From an uncultured Actinomycetota bacterium (lineage in GTDB: Bacteria > Actinomycetota > Acidimicrobiia > Spongiisociales > UBA4744), in contig CAVPPF010000007.1 in the NCBI GenBank assembly GCA_963707435.1, forward strand, positions 356,900-420,899: a stretch of DNA of 64,000 nucleotides, in the 5' to 3' direction. Shown here piece after piece: positions 1 to 8,667 of this stretch. The number at the start of each line of letters is the position of its first letter. The first letter of the stretch is position 1. The notes under the pieces were generated by a model. The model was not told where the DNA came from. It did not search any database and saw only the letters and a program-made list of their open reading frames with translations. A program made the position numbers and the translations under genes.

Positions 1-704
1 GCCTCCGACAACGCCGCACCGTATCCCTCGGCCAGCGCGGCGGCCGCTCCGGGACCGGCCTGCAGCCTCAACAGCCACGTTGCCAGGCTGAAGTCCCACT
101 CGGGGGGAGCCAGGGTGGCCCACTCCCAATCGACCAGGGTCACCTCGCCGGATTCATCGACGAGAAAGCTCTCAGGACGCGGGTTGGTGTGAGCCGCCCG
201 CGGTTCGCCGCACGGGGGCGGGTCGACGGTGAGCGCCTTCTGGAGCAACTCGGCAGGTATCTGGAGCTTGCGGCGGTACCGGCCGAGGCGCTCGAAGGTG
301 GCCCGGAAATCCGAGGCCAGCCATTCGGCATCCATCCCGCCGGAGAGGTTGGAAAGAGCGTCCCGATCTGCCAGGTGCACCGCATGGAGTACCTGGCCGG
401 CCCGGCGAGCCGCTCCCGGGCTCTCCGGCAGGCTGGCGAGCGACCAGGTGCCCGGGTCGTCGAACCTCACCCAGCTGAAGTCATCTTCGGAACCGCGGTC
501 GACAACCTGAGGGACACCCTCGATGCCGGCGAGGGCGGCGAGAGCGCGACGCTCGCGCCGTTCGTGGGTCGGTGAGGCGTACACCTTGACGAGCGAAACG
601 GGCCCACCTTCGGGCCAGATCCGGAACACCCGGTTCGGGCCGCGGGTGATCTCCTGGACTTTCCCGCCTCCGGCCAGCCTCTTTGCGATGTCGACAGGTT
701 GCAT
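1..704 (-). CDS. phosphotransferase-family (APH / choline-kinase-like) protein; C-terminus lies outside the window
   Basis: Absent from the ORF track because it runs off the window edge. My own translation of the minus strand from the ATG at complement 702-704 gives MQPVDIAKRLAGGGKVQEITRGPNRVFRIWPEGG...AHTNPRPESFLVDESGEVTLVDWEWATLAPPEWD, a kinase-like APH/Brenner-type catalytic motif. It is divergent from thrS. Confidence 0.55.
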   Translation of the reverse strand, partial: MQPVDIAKRLAGGGKVQEITRGPNRVFRIWPEGGPVSLVKVYASPTHERRERRALAALAGIEGVPQVVDRGSEDDFSWVRFDDPGTWSLASLPESPGAARRAGQVLHAVHLADRDALSNLSGGMDAEWLASDFRATFERLGRYRRKLQIPAELLQKALTVDPPPCGEPRAAHTNPRPESFLVDESGEVTLVDWEWATLAPPEWDFSLATWLLRLQAGPGAAAALAEGYGAALSE

Positions 705-790
705 ATACGGCCCCCTGGGTTGCGAAATGGTCGTATCGTTGGTATTCGGCTTCAATACGCTACCCGCAAAGACTACGGGAGAGAGTGCAC

Positions 791-2722
791 GTGTCCATAG
801 AAATCCAATTCCCTGATGGTTCCCGGCACGAGTTTCCGGACGGATCTACCGGTCTCCATATCGCCAAGAGTATCGGTTCGAGGCTTGCCAAAGCGGCTGT
901 GGCGGTGAAGCTCGACGGTATCTGGCTGGATGTCGCCGCCCCCCTTCCCGGCGGGGGCCGCCTGGAGATCGTCACAGACGGGACCGACGAAGGGAGACAC
1001 GTCCTGCGCCACTCGGCCGCCCACGTGCTCGCCCAGGCGGTGCTGGCGCTCTTCGACGGAGCTTCGTTTGCCATAGGCCCCGCAATCGAGGATGGCTTCT
1101 ACTACGACTTCGACATCGGCCGGCCGTTCACCCCGGAGGATCTGGAGCGCATCGAGGTGAAGATGGCGGACATCGTGGCCGCCGATCAGCCTTTCATCCG
1201 CAGTGAGATGTCGAAAGCAGAAGCTCTCGAGATGTTCGCCGACCAGCCATTCAAGGTCGAGATCATCGAATCGGTCGACGAGACGGAAGTCGGGCCGGGT
1301 CAGGTCGTCAGCGTCTATCGCAACAACGGTTTCGTGGACCTGTGCCGCGGCCCGCACGTGCCTTCGACCGGACGCCTCACGGCCGTGAAGCTCCTCCGCA
1401 GCGCCGGCGCGTACTGGCGAGGTGACGAGCACCGTCCACAACTCCAGAGGATCTACGGCACTGCCTGGGAGGACAAGAAGGCCCTGGCCGATTACCTGCA
1501 CCGCCTCGAAGAGGCAGAGCGGCGGGATCACCGCAAACTCGGTGCCGAGCTGGACCTGTTCTCCTTCCCGCCGGAACTGGGGAGCGGGCTGGCCGTCTGG
1601 CATCCTAAAGGTGGTCTCATGCGGATGATCATCGAGGACTACAGCCGCCGCACCCACCTGAGCCACGACTATGAGATCGTTGCAACCCCCCACGTGGCCA
1701 AAGCGAATCTCTGGGAAACCTCGGGGCACCTCGACTACTACGCCGACGCCATGTACCCGGAGATGGAACTCGATCATGGTGACGGTTACTACGTCAAGCC
1801 GATGAACTGCCCGTTCCACATCCTGGTCTTCAAGAGCCGGAGCCGCTCGTACCGTGAGTTCCCGCTCCGTCTCTTTGAACTGGGGACCGTCTACCGGTAC
1901 GAACGCTCCGGTGTCGTCCACGGCCTCCTCCGGGCACGCGGGTTCACGCAAGACGACAGCCACATCTTCTGCACACGGCCTCAACTCGGCGACGAGTTGC
2001 AGAACTTGCTGGACTTCACGTTGATGGTCCTGCGGGACTTCGGCTTCACCGAGTTCGAGGCCGAGTTGTCCACACGGCCGGACAAGTACGTCGGCGAGGT
2101 CGAGTTCTGGGACGAAGCGACGGAGGCCTTGGCCCAAGCGCTCAAGAAGGCAGCTATCGAGTACCGGATTGCCGAGGGCGAGGGAGCCTTCTACGGTCCG
2201 AAGATCGACGTCCACGTCAAAGACGCCATCGGACGAAAATGGCAGCTCTCGACCATCCAGGTCGATTTCTCGAATCCGGAACGGTTCAACCTCGAATACA
2301 CGAGCACCGACAACACCCGGGAACGGCCGGTGATGGTTCACCGCGCACTGTTCGGGTCCGTCGAGCGGTTTTTCGGCATCCTGGTCGAGCACTACGCAGG
2401 TGCCTTTCCGATGTGGCTCGCCCCGATCCAGGCCACGGTTGTACCGGTCGCCGACCGGCACGCCGCCTACGCGGCCGAGGTAGCCGGGAGGTTTGAGGCG
2501 GCCGGCCTTCGGGTCGAGGTCGACGTGACCGATGAAACCGTTGGCGAAAAGATCCGCCGGGCCCTCACGGACAAACATCCGGCGGTCCTGGTGGTAGGCG
2601 ACCGCGACGTCGAGAACCAGACGGTTGGTTTGCGTTTGTACGGCGAGGAGTCCGAACAACGGGGTCTGGACGTAGCACAAGCGCTTGCCTCGCTCGTCGC
2701 ATCCGCAGCCCCACCGAGATGA
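791..2722 (+). CDS. thrS: threonine--tRNA ligase
   Basis: The ORF 683..2722 protein has a TGS-domain N-terminus (VSIEIQFPDGSRHEFPDG), the editing-domain zinc motif HVLRHSAAHVLAQAV and class II aaRS core motifs. GTG at 791 is preceded by GGGAGAG. Confidence 0.9.
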   Translation: MSIEIQFPDGSRHEFPDGSTGLHIAKSIGSRLAKAAVAVKLDGIWLDVAAPLPGGGRLEIVTDGTDEGRHVLRHSAAHVLAQAVLALFDGASFAIGPAIEDGFYYDFDIGRPFTPEDLERIEVKMADIVAADQPFIRSEMSKAEALEMFADQPFKVEIIESVDETEVGPGQVVSVYRNNGFVDLCRGPHVPSTGRLTAVKLLRSAGAYWRGDEHRPQLQRIYGTAWEDKKALADYLHRLEEAERRDHRKLGAELDLFSFPPELGSGLAVWHPKGGLMRMIIEDYSRRTHLSHDYEIVATPHVAKANLWETSGHLDYYADAMYPEMELDHGDGYYVKPMNCPFHILVFKSRSRSYREFPLRLFELGTVYRYERSGVVHGLLRARGFTQDDSHIFCTRPQLGDELQNLLDFTLMVLRDFGFTEFEAELSTRPDKYVGEVEFWDEATEALAQALKKAAIEYRIAEGEGAFYGPKIDVHVKDAIGRKWQLSTIQVDFSNPERFNLEYTSTDNTRERPVMVHRALFGSVERFFGILVEHYAGAFPMWLAPIQATVVPVADRHAAYAAEVAGRFEAAGLRVEVDVTDETVGEKIRRALTDKHPAVLVVGDRDVENQTVGLRLYGEESEQRGLDVAQALASLVASAAPPR

Positions 2723-2808
2723 CGGACAAAGGCTAGAGGTGCTCTAAGCTAGGGCTTCGTCGGCTTGGCCGACTCCCACTCAACTCGATACTCACTGCGG
2801 AGAACACC

Positions 2809-5388
2809 GTGAAATCACTCGTCCATTTCCTGTCCGGAGCGGCACAACGCGCCCCGGTCTTCATTGTCGTGGTAGTGCTGATCGCCACCGCCCTGCTCGG
2901 CGCTTTGAACTCGCAGATGATCCGGGAGACGGGCCAGGAAGGATTCGCACCCGATACGCCCGAGATTCAAGCGTCCGAGCGGATCGGCGATCTGTTCTCC
3001 AGTGGCGCTTCCGAAGAAGTCATTCAGGTCATCATCAAAGGCGACGACGTCATCTCCGCCTCCGGTCTTCGTGCCGTACAGGAGATCAACCGGGTCGTAG
3101 CGGAGAGTGCCGCCGGTGCGTACCTCTCGGTGCAACCGGAACGTCCCGGCGTCGTCAGCTTCCTCGACGGCGTGCTGGGTTCCGCCACCCAGCAGGGAAT
3201 CCGGATCGACGAACTCAGCGACGCGGACGTAAAACAGCTCTACCAGCAGGCGACCGAGTTCGCGCCACCCGAGCAATCCGGTTTCCTCGCCCAGCTCGCC
3301 TCCGAGAACGCAGATCTCTCGATTCCGTCGGCCCCGGCCGGGCTGGCCATCATCTTCCTGGACGCCTCGCAGTTCTCCGACGGTGACGAAGCATTCAGCG
3401 AGTTGATCGACCTCGAAGTCGAACTGGGCCGCGAGCTCAGCGCCATCGAGGCAGGCGACGGTGTCACCGTAGCCCCCTTCAGTTTTGCCCTGCTCTTCGG
3501 CGAAGACACCGACTTCCTGGCGGAGGTCGGGAGGCTGTTCCTCTACGCGATCATCATCATCCTGGCGATCCTCGGATTTGTCTACTTCCTGCGGCCCAAG
3601 GGCCGGCTGACGGTGCTGGGTGCCGTCCGGCGCAGTGGAGCAGACATTCTCCTGACCATGGGCGTCATCCTCATGGCCATCACCTGGGAGCAGGGGATCG
3701 GGGTGCTGCTCGGGCCCGGCTACCTGGATTTCATCGGCCCCTTCAACGAGATCGGTCAGATCATCCCGATCCTCCTCGTCGGGTTAGGTGTCGACTACGC
3801 CATTCACCTCACCGCTCGGTACCGGGAGGAACTCGGCGAGGGGCGCGATGTCGCCGCAGCTACCGGCCGGGCCATCAGCACCGTGGGCGTTGCGTTGATC
3901 CTGGCGACCGTCACGACGGCAGTCGGCTTCCTGACCAACGTGTTCAACCCGGTGCCCGCCCTTGCCGATTTCGGAATCCTGTCCGCGGTGGGAATCCTGG
4001 CTGCATTTATCCTGATGCTCACCTTCGTTCCGGCGGTCCGGTTGTTGCTCGACCGCCGTGCCGAGCGCGCCGGACGCCTGCCCAGCGAAGCGCTGGCCGC
4101 CGGAGCAACGGAGCGAGCTCTTCCCAGGCTGATGGCCCGCACCGCCGTGCTGGCAGAACGTGCCCCGATCCCGACGTTGCTCATCGCCCTGGTTCTGGGA
4201 GGGGTCGGATACTTCGGACTGACCCAGCTGAGCACGGAGTTCAGCTTCACCGACTTCCTGCCCGAAGACTCACCGGCGGTGAGCACCTTCAACACGCTCT
4301 CTGAGGAATTCGGCGGGGGGTTCGGCGAGTCGACCGCAGTCCTGATCGAGGGCGACGTCGCAACTCCCGAGGCCTACAACGCGATGCTGGCGGCGTGGCA
4401 GAACCTGGCCGACACCGAGAACGTCTCCGTGTTCGGGGGGTTTGCTTCGGCCGCCTCTCCGGTTTCCGTGGTCGCAGCCCTGCTGCAGCCGACCGAAGCA
4501 ACGGGAGGGCAACCCGCATCGCCCGAATTCGCCCAGTCGGCCTTTTCCAACGGCCTCCTCGAGGATCTTTCGGTGACGGGTGACGCCGATGTCAATGCCA
4601 TCTTTGCGGCGGCGTTGGCTGCAGATCCGGATCAAATGGGCCAGGTGCTGTCGGGTTCGCCCGGGAGTTTCAGCGCTGCTCAGTTCAGCATCCAGACGAG
4701 TGCGGGTGAAGCCGGAGCGGTGGCGCTGCAAGCGGATCTCGCGGCCGACTTCGCACCGGTTACCGCGACCGGTCTGGAAGTGATCGCGACTTCGCAGGAA
4801 ATCATCTCGTCGGTGATTATTCAGAGCCTGTCGGACTCGCAGGTTCGATCCCTTTTCATCACGTTGATCGCGGCGATGTTGCTGCTGGTGGTGAACTTCT
4901 GGTTCGAGTCGCGCCGGCCGCTCCTCGGGGTGATCACCATCCTGCCCGTTGCCCTGGTCGTCTTGTGGACGTTCGGGATGATGGCCGCCACGGGCATCCC
5001 CTTCAACCCGGTCACCGCCACGCTGTCTGCGCTGGCGATCGGTATCGGTGTTCCGTTCACCATCCACGTCACGCATCGTTTCCAGGAGGACCGTGTCCGC
5101 TATGACGACCCCGTCGAAGCCATGCGGTCCACAGCTCGTCATACGGGGGGAGCCCTGGCCGGTTCGGCCTTCACCACCATGGCCGGGTTCGGGGTTCTCA
5201 TGACGTCATCGCTGAAACCCTTCGCCCAGATGGGTCAGGTAACGGTGTACGCCATCGGGTTTGCGCTGGTCGCATCTGTGCTCGTCCTCCCGTCGATGCT
5301 GGCGCTGTGGGACGCCTGGCATCGACGGCGCGGCGATGACGTTCTCGACCGGGCCGCTCTGGAAGCCACTGAATTGATTGCGGGCTGA
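2809..5388 (+). CDS. MMPL/RND-superfamily membrane transporter
   Basis: An 859 aa protein with an N-terminal TM (VFIVVVVLIATALLGAL), two large hydrophilic loops and two blocks of TM helices (..LTARYREELGEGRD.., ..VTHRFQEDRVRYDDP..), the typical MMPL architecture. Family assignment is from pattern memory, not a search. Confidence 0.7.
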   Translation: MKSLVHFLSGAAQRAPVFIVVVVLIATALLGALNSQMIRETGQEGFAPDTPEIQASERIGDLFSSGASEEVIQVIIKGDDVISASGLRAVQEINRVVAESAAGAYLSVQPERPGVVSFLDGVLGSATQQGIRIDELSDADVKQLYQQATEFAPPEQSGFLAQLASENADLSIPSAPAGLAIIFLDASQFSDGDEAFSELIDLEVELGRELSAIEAGDGVTVAPFSFALLFGEDTDFLAEVGRLFLYAIIIILAILGFVYFLRPKGRLTVLGAVRRSGADILLTMGVILMAITWEQGIGVLLGPGYLDFIGPFNEIGQIIPILLVGLGVDYAIHLTARYREELGEGRDVAAATGRAISTVGVALILATVTTAVGFLTNVFNPVPALADFGILSAVGILAAFILMLTFVPAVRLLLDRRAERAGRLPSEALAAGATERALPRLMARTAVLAERAPIPTLLIALVLGGVGYFGLTQLSTEFSFTDFLPEDSPAVSTFNTLSEEFGGGFGESTAVLIEGDVATPEAYNAMLAAWQNLADTENVSVFGGFASAASPVSVVAALLQPTEATGGQPASPEFAQSAFSNGLLEDLSVTGDADVNAIFAAALAADPDQMGQVLSGSPGSFSAAQFSIQTSAGEAGAVALQADLAADFAPVTATGLEVIATSQEIISSVIIQSLSDSQVRSLFITLIAAMLLLVVNFWFESRRPLLGVITILPVALVVLWTFGMMAATGIPFNPVTATLSALAIGIGVPFTIHVTHRFQEDRVRYDDPVEAMRSTARHTGGALAGSAFTTMAGFGVLMTSSLKPFAQMGQVTVYAIGFALVASVLVLPSMLALWDAWHRRRGDDVLDRAALEATELIAG

Positions 5389-5391
5389 ACG

Positions 5392-5871
5392 ATGGACGGG
5401 ATCGAGATCCCCCGGGACCTGGCCGACGCGGAAGGAGTTCCGGAGGATCTCGATGCCAACATGGTCGGGCCGTACCAGTTCCCGAGCCCAACCCGGCGCC
5501 GGGCGTCCGGGGTCGTATTCCTGTCCGGAGCCGCCGTGGCCGGACTGGGAGCGGCCCTCGGGCTGCCTGCCGGCCTCTCCGTCATGGCCGGCTTCCTGGC
5601 ACTCATCGGGATATTCCACTTCTTGAGCGCCTGGGAACTCGCGGTGAGCGCCGAGGATGCTCTGAGTTCCGCAAGCCGTGAGGTCTCGTTCCCGGTCGGG
5701 CACGCTTCGGCCGCGGTCACCTTCGAAGGCTGGAGGTCGAAGCCGGTGTGGCACGTTCTGGTGTACGCAGCTGAAGGCTCACCTTCGGCCCGCGGCCTGG
5801 TGCGAGTCGATGCCGTCGGCGGCAACGTGCTTGGTTCTGCACTCGAGGAAGAAGTACCCGCTACCGGGTAG
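5392..5871 (+). CDS. hypothetical small membrane protein
   Basis: A 159 aa ORF starting 4 nt after the MMPL stop, with two hydrophobic helices (VVFLSGAAVAGLGAALGLPAGLSVMAGFLALIGIF). I recognise no family. Confidence 0.35.
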   Translation: MDGIEIPRDLADAEGVPEDLDANMVGPYQFPSPTRRRASGVVFLSGAAVAGLGAALGLPAGLSVMAGFLALIGIFHFLSAWELAVSAEDALSSASREVSFPVGHASAAVTFEGWRSKPVWHVLVYAAEGSPSARGLVRVDAVGGNVLGSALEEEVPATG

Positions 5872-5890
5872 CCGGGTGGCGGGAGGAGTC

Positions 5891-7189
5891 CTAGGTGCTC
5901 CTGTCTTCCATCGCCACCCAGTCCCGCCTGCCCTCGCCGATGTAGATCTGCCGGGGACGGCCGATTCTCGTGGTCGGGTCCTGCTCCATCTCGTGCCACT
6001 GCGCGATCCATCCCGGCAAGCGCCCGATGGCGAACAGGACGGTGAACAGCTCGGTGGGGAAGCCCATGGCCCGGTAGATGATGCCCGAGTAGAAGTCGAC
6101 GTTCGGGTAGAGCTTCTTTTCGACGAAGTAGTCGTCATCGAGTGCGACTTCCTCGAGTTGCATCGCGACGTCGAGCAGTGGGTCGTTTGTCTCCAGCTTG
6201 GCGAGGATTTCTTGCGCATATCGTTTGATGATCTGCGCGCGGGGATCAAAGTTCTTGTAGACCCGGTGACCGAATCCCATCAAGCGGAACGGGTCTTCCT
6301 TGTCCTTGGCCCGTTCAACGAACGGCGCGATGTCGCCACCTGCCGCAACGATTCCTTCCAGCATCTCAACGACGGCCTGATTGGCTCCACCGTGGAGTGG
6401 ACCGGAGAGCGCATGGACGCCCGCGGCCACCGACGAGAAGATATTGGCGTGTCCGGACCCGACCACCCGTACCGTGGTTGCCGAGCAATTCTGTTCGTGG
6501 TCGGCATGCAGGATGAACAGGACATTCAGGGCCTTGGCAACGGCAGGGTCGACTTCATAGTTCTCGGTGGGGTAGGAGAACATCATGTGGAGGAAGTTGG
6601 CAACGTAGTCGAGATCGTTGCGTGGATAGACGTACGGCTGGTTCTGGCTGTACTTGTACGACCAGGCGACCATCGTCGGTACCTTGGCCAGCAGACGCTT
6701 CATGCTGATGTCCCTGGCCCAGGGATCGCGGGGGTCGAGTGCGTCCGGGTAGTACGTAGCCAGCGCCGAGATCGCCGACGCGAGAATCTGCATCGGATGT
6801 GCCTCCCGCGGGAAGGCTTCGAAGAGATGCTTCATGTCCTCGCGCAGCATCGTGTGGTGCGTCACCTCATCGGCATACTCATCGAGTTCAGATCGGGAAG
6901 GCAGCCGACCGTTGGCGAGGAGAAGGGCGACTTCGAGGAACGTGGCATGTTCGGCGATCTGTTCGATCGGGTAGCCCCGGTACCGGAGTATGCCTTCTTC
7001 GCCATCGAGAAAGGTGATCGCGCTCTTGGTTTCGGCAGTGTTGGCAAAGCCCCGATCGAAGGTCACCATGCCGGTTGCCCCGCGCAGCTTGTTGATGTCC
7101 ACAGCGATCTCACCTTCGGTTCCAACGATCACCGGCAGCGGGTACTCGTGATCGCCGACGCGCAGAACCGCATCTTCTCGTTGTGTCAT
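5891..7189 (-). CDS. gltA: citrate synthase, bacterial GltA-like type
   Basis: GFGHRVYKNFDPRAQ...KKLYPNVDFYSGIIYRAMGFPTELFTVLFAIGRLPGWIAQWHEM...RIGRPRQIYIGEGRRD closely matches E. coli GltA. Start chosen at MTQRED (ATG complement 7187-7189) with AAGGAGAG 7 nt upstream. The 5' extension in the ORF track is rejected. Confidence 0.85.
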   Translation of the reverse strand: MTQREDAVLRVGDHEYPLPVIVGTEGEIAVDINKLRGATGMVTFDRGFANTAETKSAITFLDGEEGILRYRGYPIEQIAEHATFLEVALLLANGRLPSRSELDEYADEVTHHTMLREDMKHLFEAFPREAHPMQILASAISALATYYPDALDPRDPWARDISMKRLLAKVPTMVAWSYKYSQNQPYVYPRNDLDYVANFLHMMFSYPTENYEVDPAVAKALNVLFILHADHEQNCSATTVRVVGSGHANIFSSVAAGVHALSGPLHGGANQAVVEMLEGIVAAGGDIAPFVERAKDKEDPFRLMGFGHRVYKNFDPRAQIIKRYAQEILAKLETNDPLLDVAMQLEEVALDDDYFVEKKLYPNVDFYSGIIYRAMGFPTELFTVLFAIGRLPGWIAQWHEMEQDPTTRIGRPRQIYIGEGRRDWVAMEDRST

Positions 7190-7272
7190 CAAACTCTCTC
7201 CTTGTGTTGATTGGTACGCCCGTGTTCCGGGGACGCAGGTTCGCGGTCCCCGGAACAAGCCGGGCTGTGGTC

Positions 7273-8580
7273 CTACTCGCTCGTGATGCCGGCCACTTCT
7301 TCCAGCATCGCCGTGGTCACCGACTTCGGACGTTCAATGGGATAACCCAGGGCTCGATCCCAGATGATGTTGGAAAGCACGCCGATCGAGCGGCCGATCC
7401 CAAACAGCACCGTATAGAAGTCGTACTCCTGCAAACCGTAGTGCCATTGGATGACACCGGACTGAGCATCCACATTGGGCCACGGGTTCTTGGCCTTGCC
7501 CTGTTCCTCGAGGATCGGCGGCACGATGTGGTACAGCATGTCGACGAACTTGAAGATGGGATCGTCCGGGAGGTACTTCAGGCAGAAGTTGCGCTGTTCG
7601 GCGTATCTCGGATCCGTCTTGCGGAGAACGGCGTGGCCGAATCCCGGGATGACCTGCCCGGAGTTCAGCGTTTCCCAGACGAACTCCTTCATCCTTTCTT
7701 CCGAGGGCACCTCGCCGCCCATCTGGTCCATCACGGACTGGATCCATCGCAGCACTTCCTGGTTGGCGAGGCCGTGCAAGGGTCCGGCCAGACCGTTGAT
7801 CATCGCCGAAGCGGAGTAGTAGACGTCTGAAAGCGCGCTGCCGACCAGGTGCCCGGCATGAGCGCTCACGTTGCCGCTCTCGTGATCCGAATGCAGAATG
7901 AAGTACAGACGTGCGACCTCGTCGTACGGTTCGGGGATTCCCATCATGTGTGCGAAATTGCCGCCGAGATCGAGGCTCGGATCCGGGGCGATGGGCGTAT
8001 CGTCCCGGTACTTGAGCCGGTAGATGAACGCACCGAGTTCCGGGAGGCGAGCCCACAGGTTGAGGGCATCCTCGAGTGTCGGCTGCCAGTGGTCCATCTT
8101 TCCCAGGCCGGCGTTGTAGGCCTTCACATACTCAGACTCGCGTTGCATGGCCAGGATTCCGGCCGAGAACATGGTCATCGGATGCGTGTCTTTCGGCATG
8201 GCTCGCAGCGTGTCGAACACATAACCCGGCACGCCCGCCCGGCTCTTGATGTCGGCTGCCAGCTCGGCCACGTCGTCTTCCGTCGGTATTTCTCCGGTCA
8301 GGAGCAGATAGATGTGCCCCTCGACGTACGGCATTTCCTTGCCGGGCACCTTGGGGAGTCTCGCCAGCGTTTCCGGAATCGTGTATCCGCGGAATCGGAT
8401 CCCTTCGTTGGGGTCCAGGTAGGAGATATCGGTGACAAGGCACCGAACGCCGCGGGCACCTCCAATGGCTTGTGACATGGTTACTTCAGAGACCTTGACG
8501 TCGCCGAATTCTTTGATCAACCGCGCCGTACGGGGCCGCCACCCGTCGATCTTGGCTCCGAGTGCTTCCTTCAATCCCAT
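7273..8580 (-). CDS. citrate synthase, eukaryotic/mitochondrial-like type
   Basis: GLANQEVLRWIQSVMDQMGGEVPSEERMKEFVWETLNSGQVIPGFGHAVLRKTDPRYAEQRNFCLKYLPDDPIFKFVDMLYHIVPPILEEQGKAKNPWPNVDAQSGVIQWHYG...YTVLFGIGRSIGVLSNIIWDRALGYPIERPKS aligns almost position by position with pig-heart/mitochondrial citrate synthase as I recall it. GGAGGAGG RBS precedes the ATG. Confidence 0.85.
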   Translation of the reverse strand: MGLKEALGAKIDGWRPRTARLIKEFGDVKVSEVTMSQAIGGARGVRCLVTDISYLDPNEGIRFRGYTIPETLARLPKVPGKEMPYVEGHIYLLLTGEIPTEDDVAELAADIKSRAGVPGYVFDTLRAMPKDTHPMTMFSAGILAMQRESEYVKAYNAGLGKMDHWQPTLEDALNLWARLPELGAFIYRLKYRDDTPIAPDPSLDLGGNFAHMMGIPEPYDEVARLYFILHSDHESGNVSAHAGHLVGSALSDVYYSASAMINGLAGPLHGLANQEVLRWIQSVMDQMGGEVPSEERMKEFVWETLNSGQVIPGFGHAVLRKTDPRYAEQRNFCLKYLPDDPIFKFVDMLYHIVPPILEEQGKAKNPWPNVDAQSGVIQWHYGLQEYDFYTVLFGIGRSIGVLSNIIWDRALGYPIERPKSVTTAMLEEVAGITSE

Positions 8581-8667
8581 GGTGCCTCCTCCGGCATCCG
8601 CCCGCGATTGTGGGACCCAGTAGAACGGCCCTCACGACTGCGGACTATTTCGATTGCGTCTCCCTCC

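Noticed and set aside
705-790. AT-richer divergent spacer between the phosphotransferase and thrS with a GTATT-N7-AATAC hairpin; considered a T-box or thrS leader
   Set aside because: Far too short for a T-box (86 nt), and no specifier/T-box consensus (AGGGUGGNACCGCG) is present. Likely just divergent promoters.
773-2680. 635 aa ORF antisense to thrS, and similar long antisense ORFs (21571-23283, 24670-26238, 27310-28956, 29881-31059, 31554-33203, 36430-37626, 37616-38827, 56835-57905, 61934-63829)
   Set aside because: In GC-rich DNA the antisense frames of real genes are nearly stop-free. The translations are Arg/Gly/Pro-rich with no recognisable motifs, and each is fully overlapped by a well-supported gene on the other strand.
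2755-2769. GTCGGC-ttg-GCCGAC hairpin after thrS
   Set aside because: Only a 6-bp stem with no U-tract. Many such short palindromes occur by chance at this GC content.
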